Made by a program: the position numbers and the translations under genes | In this document: positions 19,893 through 29,280 of the stretch, piece by piece | Layout of the letters: every line of letters begins with the position of its first letter | Numbering within the stretch: the stretch's first letter is position 1 | The notes under the pieces: model-generated | The model's input: the letters and a program-made list of their open reading frames with translations, nothing else | What the model was told of the DNA's origin: nothing | Databases searched by the model: none | DNA from: Bacteroidales bacterium | GTDB taxonomy: Bacteria > Bacteroidota > Bacteroidia > Bacteroidales > UBA11471 | Length of the DNA stretch: 64,000 nt | Direction: 5' to 3' | Assembly (NCBI GenBank): GCA_045606385.1 | Contig: JAZURX010000022.1 | Location: 11,112 to 75,111, forward strand

Positions 19893-19964
19893 TATTTGGT
19901 TTTATGATAAGAAAACTGTGAATAAAATAATTGAAAAACACTAACTACAAATAAACAAAGTATT

Positions 19965-22199
19965 ATGAGAAAATTTACTCTTTTAGTTGCAGCCGCGCTT
20001 GTTTCTGCCGGCGTTTCTGCTCAAATTGTTCAAAAATGGGCGGGTTACAACGACCCCGATGCCGCAGGTCTGTTCTTCCCGTGGAATACCACTTTCCCTG
20101 CATTTGTTCTCGAAAATGAAAGTGTTGTTGATGATTTTGCCGACTCTTTCAAAGCCGGTAATATTGCATTGTTCAGTGACGAAGTAGAACCTGCTCTCGG
20201 TGCTGAATTTCTTGATACTCTTGCTACCACTAAACCGACTATCACCGTGTCGGCTGTAGATGTAGCCGGTGTTACCGTAAACAATAGCAAAATTACTTTC
20301 ACATTTGCTCCTGCTGATGATGTAGCCGCATTTACCTCTGCTGCAGAAACTGCCGTTCTTCTAAAAGAGGGTAATGGAACTCTCTATACCGATGTGGCAA
20401 ATAATCTCCCCGGCGGTACCGTTATTAAAGATGGTGTGGTGGCTCGTAAATCAAAAAGCGCTGCTTCTACCCCTGTTTTTGGTAAAAAGGTCGTAGCTCA
20501 AGGTAATGCAACAATCGATCTCGGAAATCTTGGTAGTGACTACGCTTCATTTGCCGCAGATATTGAAATCACCGAAGGTTCTACTCTCAATATGTATGCT
20601 TCTCGTTATACTTATTGGACTGCCGATACCAATACTTACGTAACAGGTTCCGGTACATTCAATCTCTATGCTCGTGGTGAACGTCTATTCTTCGGCGGAT
20701 CAAAAGCTGCCAATCCTGTTTATTTCTCAGGATTCTCGGGTAAACTCAATATTTTGAAAGATCCCGAAGCAACCGGTGCAGGTTTCTATGGTCCTATCTT
20801 CCCGGCTAATACCCCCAAAGGAACCTCTGCATCGAAAGCATTCTATGCAAAACTCGATGGTGACTCACTCCTCTATAATGTATGGAGCACCGACAAAGTG
20901 CTGCTCGACAGCCTCTTCTACGATATGCGCGGTGTTGAAGTATATGTAGGCCCCGGTGCAGCTGTGGCTTGTGAAAGTGCCGGTGGCGCTCCCAACGTGG
21001 CTATGGTTGCTATGAAAAACTTGAACGTAGACAGACAAGGTATTCTTGCCGGTTACTATAAAGACTCTAACCCCCAGTTGGTTATTCTCTATGGTCGTGA
21101 TGACAAAGATAATTATATCGATGGAGCTATTACTGCTTATACCAAAGGTGTATCTCCCTACAAAGAAGACGGTGTGGGCCTTATCAAAGAAGGTAAAGGT
21201 ACCACTTATATCACCGCTCAAGACAACCAAATATACCTGGGTATTGAAGTGTGGGACGGTCGCGTTCTCTTCAATAATGGTAACCAAGAAACTACTACCG
21301 CTACCGGTGCCAACAAAGTATCAAGCAGCAACGTGGTAACCTGTCGTCCTACCGGTACTATCGGCGGTTTTGGTACTATCGGTGGTCACACTGCTGTGTA
21401 TGGTACCTTGCAACCGGGTAGCAATGCTGTAGGTACTCTCCGTATCGACGGTACATACGCTAAGATCGCTTACCAAAACGATGAAAAGAAAGGTATCTAT
21501 TCTGAAGCTACCGGTACCCCCGCCACAAGATCTGCAGGCTCGGCCGCGAACCTTCTTCTCTACAAAGATGCGACTATCGAAATGGAGATTATCAATGCCG
21601 AAAAACATGACCAAATCTTAGTTCAAAACGAAGTTCGTTTGTTCAATGATGATGTTGACGGACAAGTTAATATCAAACTCTCTCCGCGCGACAATTGGTC
21701 GGTAAATGCAGGTGACTCTATCCTCCTTATCCAGTCTAAATCGGCTCGTACTTATATCGACGGCAAAGAACTCGCTGCATGTTTCAATATGACCGCCGAA
21801 GGATTTGGTGCTGCAACCTTTGCACCCGCAGTCGTATTTACTCCTGCTGTTTATGACACTACCTATGTAATGAACGAAGAGACTTTCGAAGAAGAACCGG
21901 TTTATACCCTCGTGTCTGAGTCTGATTTCAAAGTATATGCAGTTGTTACTGCTGCCGGTAATGGTTCTGCCGAACCTGATGCTATCGAAAGTGTTGAGGC
22001 TGAATCTCTCGTTGTTGCCCAAACCGGTAATGTGCTTTCTGTAAGTGGTGTTGAAGCTCCCGCTGTTGAGGTTTACACCATCGCCGGAGTACAAGTTGCG
22101 ACTGTTCCTGTTGTTGCCGGCGAAGCCGTGGTTACACTTCCCGCTCACGGTACTTACGTAGTAAAAGCCGGTAAAGCATCTAAAGTAGTTCTTTACTAG
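19965..22199 (+). CDS. Secreted protein with autotransporter-associated beta-strand repeats and a T9SS-type C-terminal domain; function unknown
   Basis: Signal peptide MRKFTLLVAAALVSAGVSA-Q. Repeats LLKEGNGTL and LIKEGKGTTYIT..N; GTIGGFGTIGG..GTLQPG..VGTLRI segment. C-terminus DAIESVEA..VEVYTIAGVQV..GTYVVK..KVVLY. Confidence 0.75.
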   Translation: MRKFTLLVAAALVSAGVSAQIVQKWAGYNDPDAAGLFFPWNTTFPAFVLENESVVDDFADSFKAGNIALFSDEVEPALGAEFLDTLATTKPTITVSAVDVAGVTVNNSKITFTFAPADDVAAFTSAAETAVLLKEGNGTLYTDVANNLPGGTVIKDGVVARKSKSAASTPVFGKKVVAQGNATIDLGNLGSDYASFAADIEITEGSTLNMYASRYTYWTADTNTYVTGSGTFNLYARGERLFFGGSKAANPVYFSGFSGKLNILKDPEATGAGFYGPIFPANTPKGTSASKAFYAKLDGDSLLYNVWSTDKVLLDSLFYDMRGVEVYVGPGAAVACESAGGAPNVAMVAMKNLNVDRQGILAGYYKDSNPQLVILYGRDDKDNYIDGAITAYTKGVSPYKEDGVGLIKEGKGTTYITAQDNQIYLGIEVWDGRVLFNNGNQETTTATGANKVSSSNVVTCRPTGTIGGFGTIGGHTAVYGTLQPGSNAVGTLRIDGTYAKIAYQNDEKKGIYSEATGTPATRSAGSAANLLLYKDATIEMEIINAEKHDQILVQNEVRLFNDDVDGQVNIKLSPRDNWSVNAGDSILLIQSKSARTYIDGKELAACFNMTAEGFGAATFAPAVVFTPAVYDTTYVMNEETFEEEPVYTLVSESDFKVYAVVTAAGNGSAEPDAIESVEAESLVVAQTGNVLSVSGVEAPAVEVYTIAGVQVATVPVVAGEAVVTLPAHGTYVVKAGKASKVVLY

Positions 22200-22221
22200 G
22201 ATTCTTCATACCATACTATAT

Positions 22222-22256
22222 AGCAAGCGACGCATTATGTGTCGCTTGCTTTTTTT
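22222..22256 (+). terminator. Rho-independent terminator
   Basis: AGCAAGCGACGCA-TTA-TGTGTCGCTTGCT followed by a T run. Confidence 0.9.
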
Positions 22257-22295
22257 ATGAAAATATTTCAGCCGATTGATTTTGTTTTTGAAAAA

Positions 22296-22360
22296 ATCAT
22301 AAAAATAAGTTTTAGTATCATTTTATATAATGGTAAGCTTATTGATAATGTGTTATTTTG
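22296..22360 (+). promoter_or_regulatory. Candidate activator site (21-bp-phased direct repeat) plus degenerate -7 element
   Basis: ATCATAAA at 22296, ATCATTTT at 22317 and TTATTTTG at 22353-22360. Confidence 0.65.
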
Positions 22361-22491
22361 CATCATGAATAGTATGCCTTTTTGAACCGTGAAAAACCTA
22401 TACACTATTTAGTGAGTGGTCTATCGCTTGTTTATAAAGGCTTAAGTAGTTGAATAATATTAATTATAGATAAACCAAAAAAAATATATTC

Positions 22492-25362
22492 ATGAAAAAA
22501 TTTTTATTTGTTGTCGCTTTGGCAATTACGTCGGTAGTTTCAGCATCTGCCGATGGTCTGTTGGCTTTCCCCGGCGCTGAGGGTTATGGGCGTTTTGCTC
22601 GTGGCGCCCGTGCAGGAGCTAATCCTACCGTGTATCATGTTACCAACTTGAAAGACTCGGGTAAGGGTTCGTTGCGCGATGCTGTTAGTCAACCTAACCG
22701 TGTTATCGTATTTGATGTATCCGGTATTATACATCTCGAAAGTCAGTTGGTTTTCTCCAAAAATCTGACAATCGCCGGACAGACAGCCCCAGGTAATGGT
22801 ATCGTTATCTATGGAGAACGGACATCATTCTCAGCGGCCAGTGATGTTATTGTGCGTTATTTGCGTATCCGCATGGGTATCGGAGGTAATGGGCAAAAAG
22901 ATGCTACAGGTGCTTCAAACGGAACCAATATGATATTCGACCATTGCTCGGTAACTTGGGGGCGTGATGAGACTTTCTCTATCAACCCCGATGGTAAAGG
23001 CGATCTTGGAAATATCACCATTCAAAATTCAATTATCGGACAGGGTCTCTCTCCTCACTCTGCCGGTGGTCTTATACAGTGTTGGGACGGTGGTGTGACT
23101 CTCTTCCGTAACCTTTATATCGATAACAAAACCCGTAATCCTAAAACCAAAGGTATCAACCAATATATCAACAACGTGGTATACAACTGGGGTAGCGGCG
23201 GTGCTTACATCGCCGGTGGTGATTCCGAAGGTAAATCTTGGGCCGATGTAGAATATAACCTCTTCATGCGCGGACCTCTTTCGGGTGGTACCGGTATAGG
23301 TGGTGGAAACACACTATTTGCCGCCTACCTCAATGGCAATAAAAATGACTTGAATTGCGATGGTGTTTACAATAGCGTAGATATGACAGATGCAAGCTAT
23401 GGAACCCTTACCATTGCGCGCAGTCTCGAAGAATTGGCACAAGTTGATGGTTATCCTACCGATAATCCTCATCCGGTAATTAAGGCGATGATACCTTCGG
23501 CCGATGATGCTTTTGCGTGGGTGCTCGATAGTGTAGGTGCGATTCTCCCCGGTCGCGATGAAGTAGACGAATATCTTATCAATGAGGTAAAAACTTATGG
23601 TAAAAAAGGTGTTATCATTACCGATGAAAGCGCGTTGGGCTTGGTCAATAAGGTAGGCCATTTCTATGCCGCGCCGAAACCTCTTGATAGTGATAATGAT
23701 GGTATGCCCGATGCATGGGAAACAGCAAATGGTTTGAATCCTAACGATGCTTCGGATAATGTGAAATATGCCGATAACGGCTATCTCAATATCGAGAACT
23801 ATATCAACAGCATCGATACCCCCCTTGATTATGTAAAATATCCTGTCGATGTGGTATTGCAAACCTTGGGTACCGATTCGGCTACTATCAAATTTGGCTG
23901 CTATGAATCCGATCCTACTGCGAAAATCGTTGTGGAAATAACTCCCGATAGTCTCGAAAACTATACCTTGGTTTCGAATTTGGATGTTGTCGCTACCGAA
24001 GCAGTGATAAAAGGTCTTACCCCAAAAACCACATATACCGTTCGTTTGAAAACCGTAACCGATAAAATGACTTCGGAGCCGGTATATTTGCAATTAACTA
24101 CTAAAGGTGAGCCGGGAGCACCTGACCCATCGACGAATCCGTATCCCGCAAATGGAGAGAAGATAACCGATTATACTACGGTTTCTCTTTCGTTTTCGAA
24201 TACAACTGCCGGGCGTCCTCAATTCTTTGTTTATATGGGTACTTCCCCCGAATCGCTCGACTCGATAGGTTCGACACGTGCTAAGTCTTACACTGTTGCC
24301 GTAGAACAGAATACAACTTACTATTGGCGTATCGATGGATCTAATAACTTTGGACGCACTATCGGCGATGTGTGGAGTTTTACTACAGGGACAGAACCCG
24401 TAAGAGTAAAAGTTGCCTATTTTGACTTTAATGAATCGACCGGTTCGACCGCGGTAAATGTGCCTTCTGATGAAGAAATCATCGCCAATGATGCGAACAC
24501 AAATGCCTCCTTCGTCCCCGAGTGGACCGACGGTAAAATCAATGGAGCCATTACATTTACCGGTGCTTCTACAACCGATGCTATGATTGTTCCTTGCTAT
24601 GATGAGATAAACTTTGCCGATGGTGCGTTCTCGTATGAATTGTGGTTCAAATCGACCTCTGCAAGCAGCTCTCAAAGCCGTTACTTGTTGCACAAAGGAA
24701 GCCATGTCGCATCATCGACAGCAAGCGGTAAATGGTTTGGTCTCGAATATAAGAACGGTGAGTTGTATTTTGCCGTCGACGATGACGTGACAAAATCGGT
24801 AATCAATTTCAGTGCTACCTCTTGTTTCGATGGTAAGTGGCATCATGTCGTGGCTGTTCGTGACGTTGAAAATGCAAAATTGTTGATTTATCTCGATGGC
24901 GCATTGAAAACAACGGGTGATGATAAAACAGGCTCGATTGCAGCTGATGAACCCTTGATTATCGGTAATTGTAATGTCAATTTCGATTCACCTTTTGTAG
25001 GCTCTATCGATGAGTTGACTTTGTACAATGAAGCTCTCACCGCTGTAGAGGTTGCCGCTCGTTATCAACAAGGTCTGTCTTCGGCTGTAAAAGATGTGGA
25101 AAATGACATTCTTGGAAGTGAGATGGTTGTATCGCCTTCTTCATTTGACAAGCAATTTACAATATCATTACCTCAAGTCGTGTCGGGCTCTGTAATAGTG
25201 GAATTGTTTAATCTTGCCGGTGCACTTGTTTATTCGACTACTTGTGTTGCCGAACAAGGCGTATTGACTGTTGACGGACTCGAAACTCTTGCCGCAGGTG
25301 CATATACTTGCTCTGTAACAGTAGATGCTACGGTTTATACCGCACGTGTAATTAAATACTAA
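22492..25362 (+). CDS. Modular PL1 pectate lyase-like protein with FN3-like, LamG-like and T9SS C-terminal domains
   Basis: AFPGAEGYG, VYHVTNL.DSG.GSLRDA, FDHCS.TWGRDE, RNPK and DSDNDGMPDAWE. FN3-like IKGLTPKTTYTVRL; LamG-like DGKWHHVVAVRD..FVGSIDELTLYNEAL; CTD VELFNLAGALVY..GAY..RVIKY. Confidence 0.88.
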   Translation: MKKFLFVVALAITSVVSASADGLLAFPGAEGYGRFARGARAGANPTVYHVTNLKDSGKGSLRDAVSQPNRVIVFDVSGIIHLESQLVFSKNLTIAGQTAPGNGIVIYGERTSFSAASDVIVRYLRIRMGIGGNGQKDATGASNGTNMIFDHCSVTWGRDETFSINPDGKGDLGNITIQNSIIGQGLSPHSAGGLIQCWDGGVTLFRNLYIDNKTRNPKTKGINQYINNVVYNWGSGGAYIAGGDSEGKSWADVEYNLFMRGPLSGGTGIGGGNTLFAAYLNGNKNDLNCDGVYNSVDMTDASYGTLTIARSLEELAQVDGYPTDNPHPVIKAMIPSADDAFAWVLDSVGAILPGRDEVDEYLINEVKTYGKKGVIITDESALGLVNKVGHFYAAPKPLDSDNDGMPDAWETANGLNPNDASDNVKYADNGYLNIENYINSIDTPLDYVKYPVDVVLQTLGTDSATIKFGCYESDPTAKIVVEITPDSLENYTLVSNLDVVATEAVIKGLTPKTTYTVRLKTVTDKMTSEPVYLQLTTKGEPGAPDPSTNPYPANGEKITDYTTVSLSFSNTTAGRPQFFVYMGTSPESLDSIGSTRAKSYTVAVEQNTTYYWRIDGSNNFGRTIGDVWSFTTGTEPVRVKVAYFDFNESTGSTAVNVPSDEEIIANDANTNASFVPEWTDGKINGAITFTGASTTDAMIVPCYDEINFADGAFSYELWFKSTSASSSQSRYLLHKGSHVASSTASGKWFGLEYKNGELYFAVDDDVTKSVINFSATSCFDGKWHHVVAVRDVENAKLLIYLDGALKTTGDDKTGSIAADEPLIIGNCNVNFDSPFVGSIDELTLYNEALTAVEVAARYQQGLSSAVKDVENDILGSEMVVSPSSFDKQFTISLPQVVSGSVIVELFNLAGALVYSTTCVAEQGVLTVDGLETLAAGAYTCSVTVDATVYTARVIKY

Positions 25363-25373
25363 AATTGACAGAT

Positions 25374-25413
25374 AAAAGGAGATGCCGACAACATATAGGT
25401 GTCTCCTTTTTTT
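25374..25413 (+). terminator. Rho-independent terminator
   Basis: AAAAGGAGATGCC / GGTGTCTCCTTTT stem (two G-U pairs) with a T7 run. Confidence 0.8.
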
Positions 25414-25423
25414 ATTCTTAAGT

Positions 25424-26218
25424 ATGAAAAAAACTATCATCACATTGTGTGCGATTTTTGCCATGTATGGCATTGGAACGTTCGATGCTTCGGCAAAAAA
25501 GGATAAAAAAGCAAAAACGGCTGTTTTTGTTATCGGTGATTCGACCGTAAAAAACGGCAAAGGTAAGGGCGACCGTGGCCAATGGGGCTGGGGAAGTTTC
25601 ATCCGAGCGTTTTTTGATGAATCAAAGGCCGAAGTGCATAACCATGCCATTGGAGGACGCAGCAGTCGTACCTTTATTACCGAAGGTAGATGGACTCTTG
25701 TGCTCGATTCCTTGAAGAAAGGTGATTATGTGTTGATACAGTTCGGACACAATGATGGAGGTGAGTTATTTACGGGGAATCGTCCTCGTGCATCGCTCAA
25801 AGGTGTCGGTGATGAAGATACCACCGGTATTGTGGAAATGACTGGTAAACAAGAGACCGTAACGACCTATGGCGCATATCTTCGTAAGTATGTACGGGAA
25901 GCGAAGGCCAAAGGTGCACATCCTATTCTTTGTACCCTGATACCCCGCAACCGTTGGAAAGATGGTAAAGTGATGCGCGATGACCGCCATGCTGTATGGG
26001 CGCGTCAAGTGGCCGCCGAAGAAAATGTACCTTGTATCGATCTCAATACACTTATAGCCGATATTTATGATGAGATGGGGCAGGAGACAGTAAAATCATG
26101 TTTTACCGAGGCCGATTGGACACATACATCTGAGCAAGGGGCTCGAATTAATGCCCGAGTTATTGTTGAACAGATAAAATCTATGCCTAAGTGTAAACTC
26201 AAAAAGAGTTTGAAATAA
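25424..26218 (+). CDS. CE12 rhamnogalacturonan acetylesterase
   Basis: IGDSTV, WGWG, HAIGGRSSRTF, IQFGHNDG and DWTHT. Start moved to MKKTII (ATG 25424). Confidence 0.9.
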   Translation: MKKTIITLCAIFAMYGIGTFDASAKKDKKAKTAVFVIGDSTVKNGKGKGDRGQWGWGSFIRAFFDESKAEVHNHAIGGRSSRTFITEGRWTLVLDSLKKGDYVLIQFGHNDGGELFTGNRPRASLKGVGDEDTTGIVEMTGKQETVTTYGAYLRKYVREAKAKGAHPILCTLIPRNRWKDGKVMRDDRHAVWARQVAAEENVPCIDLNTLIADIYDEMGQETVKSCFTEADWTHTSEQGARINARVIVEQIKSMPKCKLKKSLK

Positions 26219-26251
26219 AAATCAACTACTATGGCATAGATGGATATATCG

Positions 26252-26294
26252 ACGAGAGTGTCAGATGTTTTTGAATCATTGACACTCTCGTTTT
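26252..26294 (+). terminator. Terminator-like hairpin
   Basis: Perfect 12-bp ACGAGAGTGTCA / TGACACTCTCGT, then TTT. Confidence 0.75.
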
Positions 26295-26338
26295 GCATTT
26301 ATTTATCATTGGTGGCAAAATATTCTAAAAAAATAGCG

Positions 26339-26346
26339 TATCTTTG
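26339..26346 (+). promoter_or_regulatory. -7 promoter element for GH2-GH106-GH28
   Basis: TATCTTTG 39 nt upstream of ATG 26386. Confidence 0.6.
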
Positions 26347-26385
26347 ACTAATTGTGCTTAGATGTGAAAATTAATATTGAAACCT

Positions 26386-29259
26386 ATGAAAAACAAACGC
26401 TTTATATTCTTTCTCTTTTCATTGCTGCTTGCAATACAAATATTGTCGGCTCAGGAGACTCGTCGTGTATATTTGTCAGGAACGGGTTATGGAAATACCG
26501 TAAAATGGGATTTTTATTGTACCGAAGGCCGAAATAGTGGTAAATGGAGAAAAATAGAGGTCCCGTCTCAATGGGAATTACAAGGATTTGGAGAGTATAC
26601 TTATGGCCGTTGGTATAAGGATAAGGATCGTAACTCGGGTATGGTTCAGCACCTTAAAAAACCAAGCAGCGAACAAGGTATATATAGACACACATTTTCT
26701 GTACCTAAATACCTGCGAGGTAATCGGGTGTCATTGGTTTTTGATGGCGTGATGACCGATGCCGAGGTTATGCTCAATGGTCGTTCGGTCGGAGATGTGC
26801 ACCAAGGTGCATTTTATCGTTTTTCTTACGATGTTACCGATTTGCTCAACTATGGTAAAAAGAATGTACTCGAAGTAACTGTGAGTAAGCATTCGAGCAA
26901 TAAGTCGGTAAATAATGCCGAACGAAAGGCTGATTGGTGGCTCTTTGGTGGTATATATCGACCTGTATATCTCGAAGTGAAACCACAGACTCAAATTGAG
27001 CGTACTGCTATAGATGCTCGTGCCGACGGCTCATTTGTTGCCGATGTGTATGTGTCGGGTGTCGACGACAATACTGTTTTGCGGGCAACTCTCGCTTCGT
27101 TGTCGACAGACGGAACACTTCCCGGAGAAATCTTTGTATCGGTTGCTAAAGGCGATTCATTGGTTCGACTTTCGGGAAAATGGAAAGATATAAAATCTTG
27201 GAATCCAGAATCTCCAAATATGTATGTGATGACTCTCGACTTGCGTTCCGAAGATGGTGTAATATTGCATCGTCATCGCGAACTTGTAGGTTTTCGAACG
27301 GTCGAATTACGTCCGCAAGACGGATTGTATGTCAATGATGTAAAAGTACAGCTCAAAGGTATCAATCGACATTCATTTTGGCCCGATGCCGGTCGTACTA
27401 CCAACAAAAAGATAAGTATCGATGATGTGAAACTCATCAAGGAGATGAATATGAATGCAGTCAGATGTCATTATCCTCCCGATGAGCATTTTCTTGATGT
27501 GTGCGACTCTCTTGGGTTGTTCTTTATTGATGAGTTGGCCGGGTGGCAAAATTCGTACGATACAAAAGTCGGAGCTAAACTCTTGGCCGAAATGGTGACT
27601 CGAGATGTAAATCATCCATGCGTCATTATTTGGAGCAACGGAAATGAGGGAGGGTGGAATAAGAAACTCGATAATCTTTTTGCCAAGTATGATCCCCAAA
27701 AGCGTCATGTAATACATCCTTGGGCCGATTTTAATGACCTCGATACCCATCATTATCCGGCATTCCTTACGGGTGTTGCACGTTTTACCAACGGATATAG
27801 GTTGTTTATGCCTACCGAGTTTATGCATGGAATGTATGATCAGGGTCATGGTGCGGGATTGGAAGATTTCTGGAATAACTATAAATCACACCCGCTTTTT
27901 GTCGGCGGATTTATGTGGGACTTTTGTGATAATGCTGTGCGCCGTACCGATTGGGAAAAGGGGCTCGACTCTGATGGATTTAATGCGCCCGATGGTATTC
28001 TCGGCCCCTATCGTGAGAAAGAAGGAAGTTATTATACTGTAAGAGATATATGGGCACCTATACAGATTGAAAAATTCTTTATTACCCCATCATTCAAGGG
28101 CAAATTTAAAGTCTCAAACGAGTATTTATATACCTCATTGGCCGATTGCCGTATGGTGTATGCAGTATATAAGATTGCTTCTCCGTTGGAAGGTGTTGCC
28201 GGGCAGACTAAAATTGCTGAAGGAGCAGTGGATTTGCCGAGTCTTGAACCTGGAGAGCAAGGATATGCCCGAATGACATTGCCCGATGATTTTTTCGATG
28301 CCGATGTGTTGGAACTTACGGCCTATCACCCCGATGGTACCCCCATGTGTACCCGTACGTGGAACATTGGTTATGCGCAAGATTATTGGAAACGACACCG
28401 TGTTGAAAATATTGGCGACAATGTGGCTCGGTATAGCGAAACGGAGACATCGGTAATGCTTTCTGCTGCTGATGTGAAAGTCGCTTTCGATAAAACTACC
28501 GGATATATTGCGGAAGTGAAAAGTGGGGAAAAACTACTCTCATTTGCCAACGGACCTGTACCTGTAGGAATGGTGGCAACTGTCAAAAGTTGTGCACTTC
28601 GTATGGAAAATTCGGCCGCGGTATTTACAGTCAAGTATAACGGTAATATCGATTCGATTGTGTGGCGTATGTCGCCCGATGGCCTGCTCGATATGGACGT
28701 ATTGATGCTCAATCGCTCTCGTCTCGGTGGCGGTCTCGATGATGCGGCAAGTTACGACAACATCACCAATCTCGGAGTAACATTTTCCTATCCTGAAAAC
28801 GTAGTCACCGGAATGAAATGGATGGGGGCCGGGCCATATCGTGTATGGAAAAATCGTTTGCGCGGGGCGAATGTGGGAATGTGGGAGAAAGCCTATAATA
28901 ATACGATAACAGGAGAAGGTTTTGAATCGCTTGTGTATCCCGAGTTTAAGGGGTATCATGCCAACCTATATTGGGCTACGATACAGAGTGACGAGCAAGA
29001 TTTTACAGTATATGCCGCATCTGACGGAGTATATCTGCGTATGCTTACTCCCGAAGAACCGAAGCACCGACAAGGCTCGTCGCGTACTATGCCGGCATTC
29101 CCTGCAGGAGATATTTCTTTCTTGGTGGAAATTCCCGGTATCAGATGTTTCAAGCCGATATCGCAGCATGGCCCTAAAAGTCAGCCCGGAACTATTCGTA
29201 TAAAATCGGGCGATGAGGGTATACGTATGATTGTCGGTTTCGATTTCAGAAAAAAATAA
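26386..29259 (+). CDS. GH2 glycoside hydrolase (beta-galactosidase type)
   Basis: VPSQWELQGFG, GGIYRPV, KGINRH, NAVRCHYP, WSNGNE and PTEFMHG. Signal peptide from ATG 26386. Confidence 0.9.
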   Translation: MKNKRFIFFLFSLLLAIQILSAQETRRVYLSGTGYGNTVKWDFYCTEGRNSGKWRKIEVPSQWELQGFGEYTYGRWYKDKDRNSGMVQHLKKPSSEQGIYRHTFSVPKYLRGNRVSLVFDGVMTDAEVMLNGRSVGDVHQGAFYRFSYDVTDLLNYGKKNVLEVTVSKHSSNKSVNNAERKADWWLFGGIYRPVYLEVKPQTQIERTAIDARADGSFVADVYVSGVDDNTVLRATLASLSTDGTLPGEIFVSVAKGDSLVRLSGKWKDIKSWNPESPNMYVMTLDLRSEDGVILHRHRELVGFRTVELRPQDGLYVNDVKVQLKGINRHSFWPDAGRTTNKKISIDDVKLIKEMNMNAVRCHYPPDEHFLDVCDSLGLFFIDELAGWQNSYDTKVGAKLLAEMVTRDVNHPCVIIWSNGNEGGWNKKLDNLFAKYDPQKRHVIHPWADFNDLDTHHYPAFLTGVARFTNGYRLFMPTEFMHGMYDQGHGAGLEDFWNNYKSHPLFVGGFMWDFCDNAVRRTDWEKGLDSDGFNAPDGILGPYREKEGSYYTVRDIWAPIQIEKFFITPSFKGKFKVSNEYLYTSLADCRMVYAVYKIASPLEGVAGQTKIAEGAVDLPSLEPGEQGYARMTLPDDFFDADVLELTAYHPDGTPMCTRTWNIGYAQDYWKRHRVENIGDNVARYSETETSVMLSAADVKVAFDKTTGYIAEVKSGEKLLSFANGPVPVGMVATVKSCALRMENSAAVFTVKYNGNIDSIVWRMSPDGLLDMDVLMLNRSRLGGGLDDAASYDNITNLGVTFSYPENVVTGMKWMGAGPYRVWKNRLRGANVGMWEKAYNNTITGEGFESLVYPEFKGYHANLYWATIQSDEQDFTVYAASDGVYLRMLTPEEPKHRQGSSRTMPAFPAGDISFLVEIPGIRCFKPISQHGPKSQPGTIRIKSGDEGIRMIVGFDFRKK

Positions 29260-29280
29260 TATTATAATATCAGTCATACA

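Noticed and set aside
26275-26312. ATCATT half-sites upstream of the second GH2 as another copy of the regulon motif
   Set aside because: The two copies (26275, 26305) are 30 bp apart rather than 21, and the central AGT is absent.
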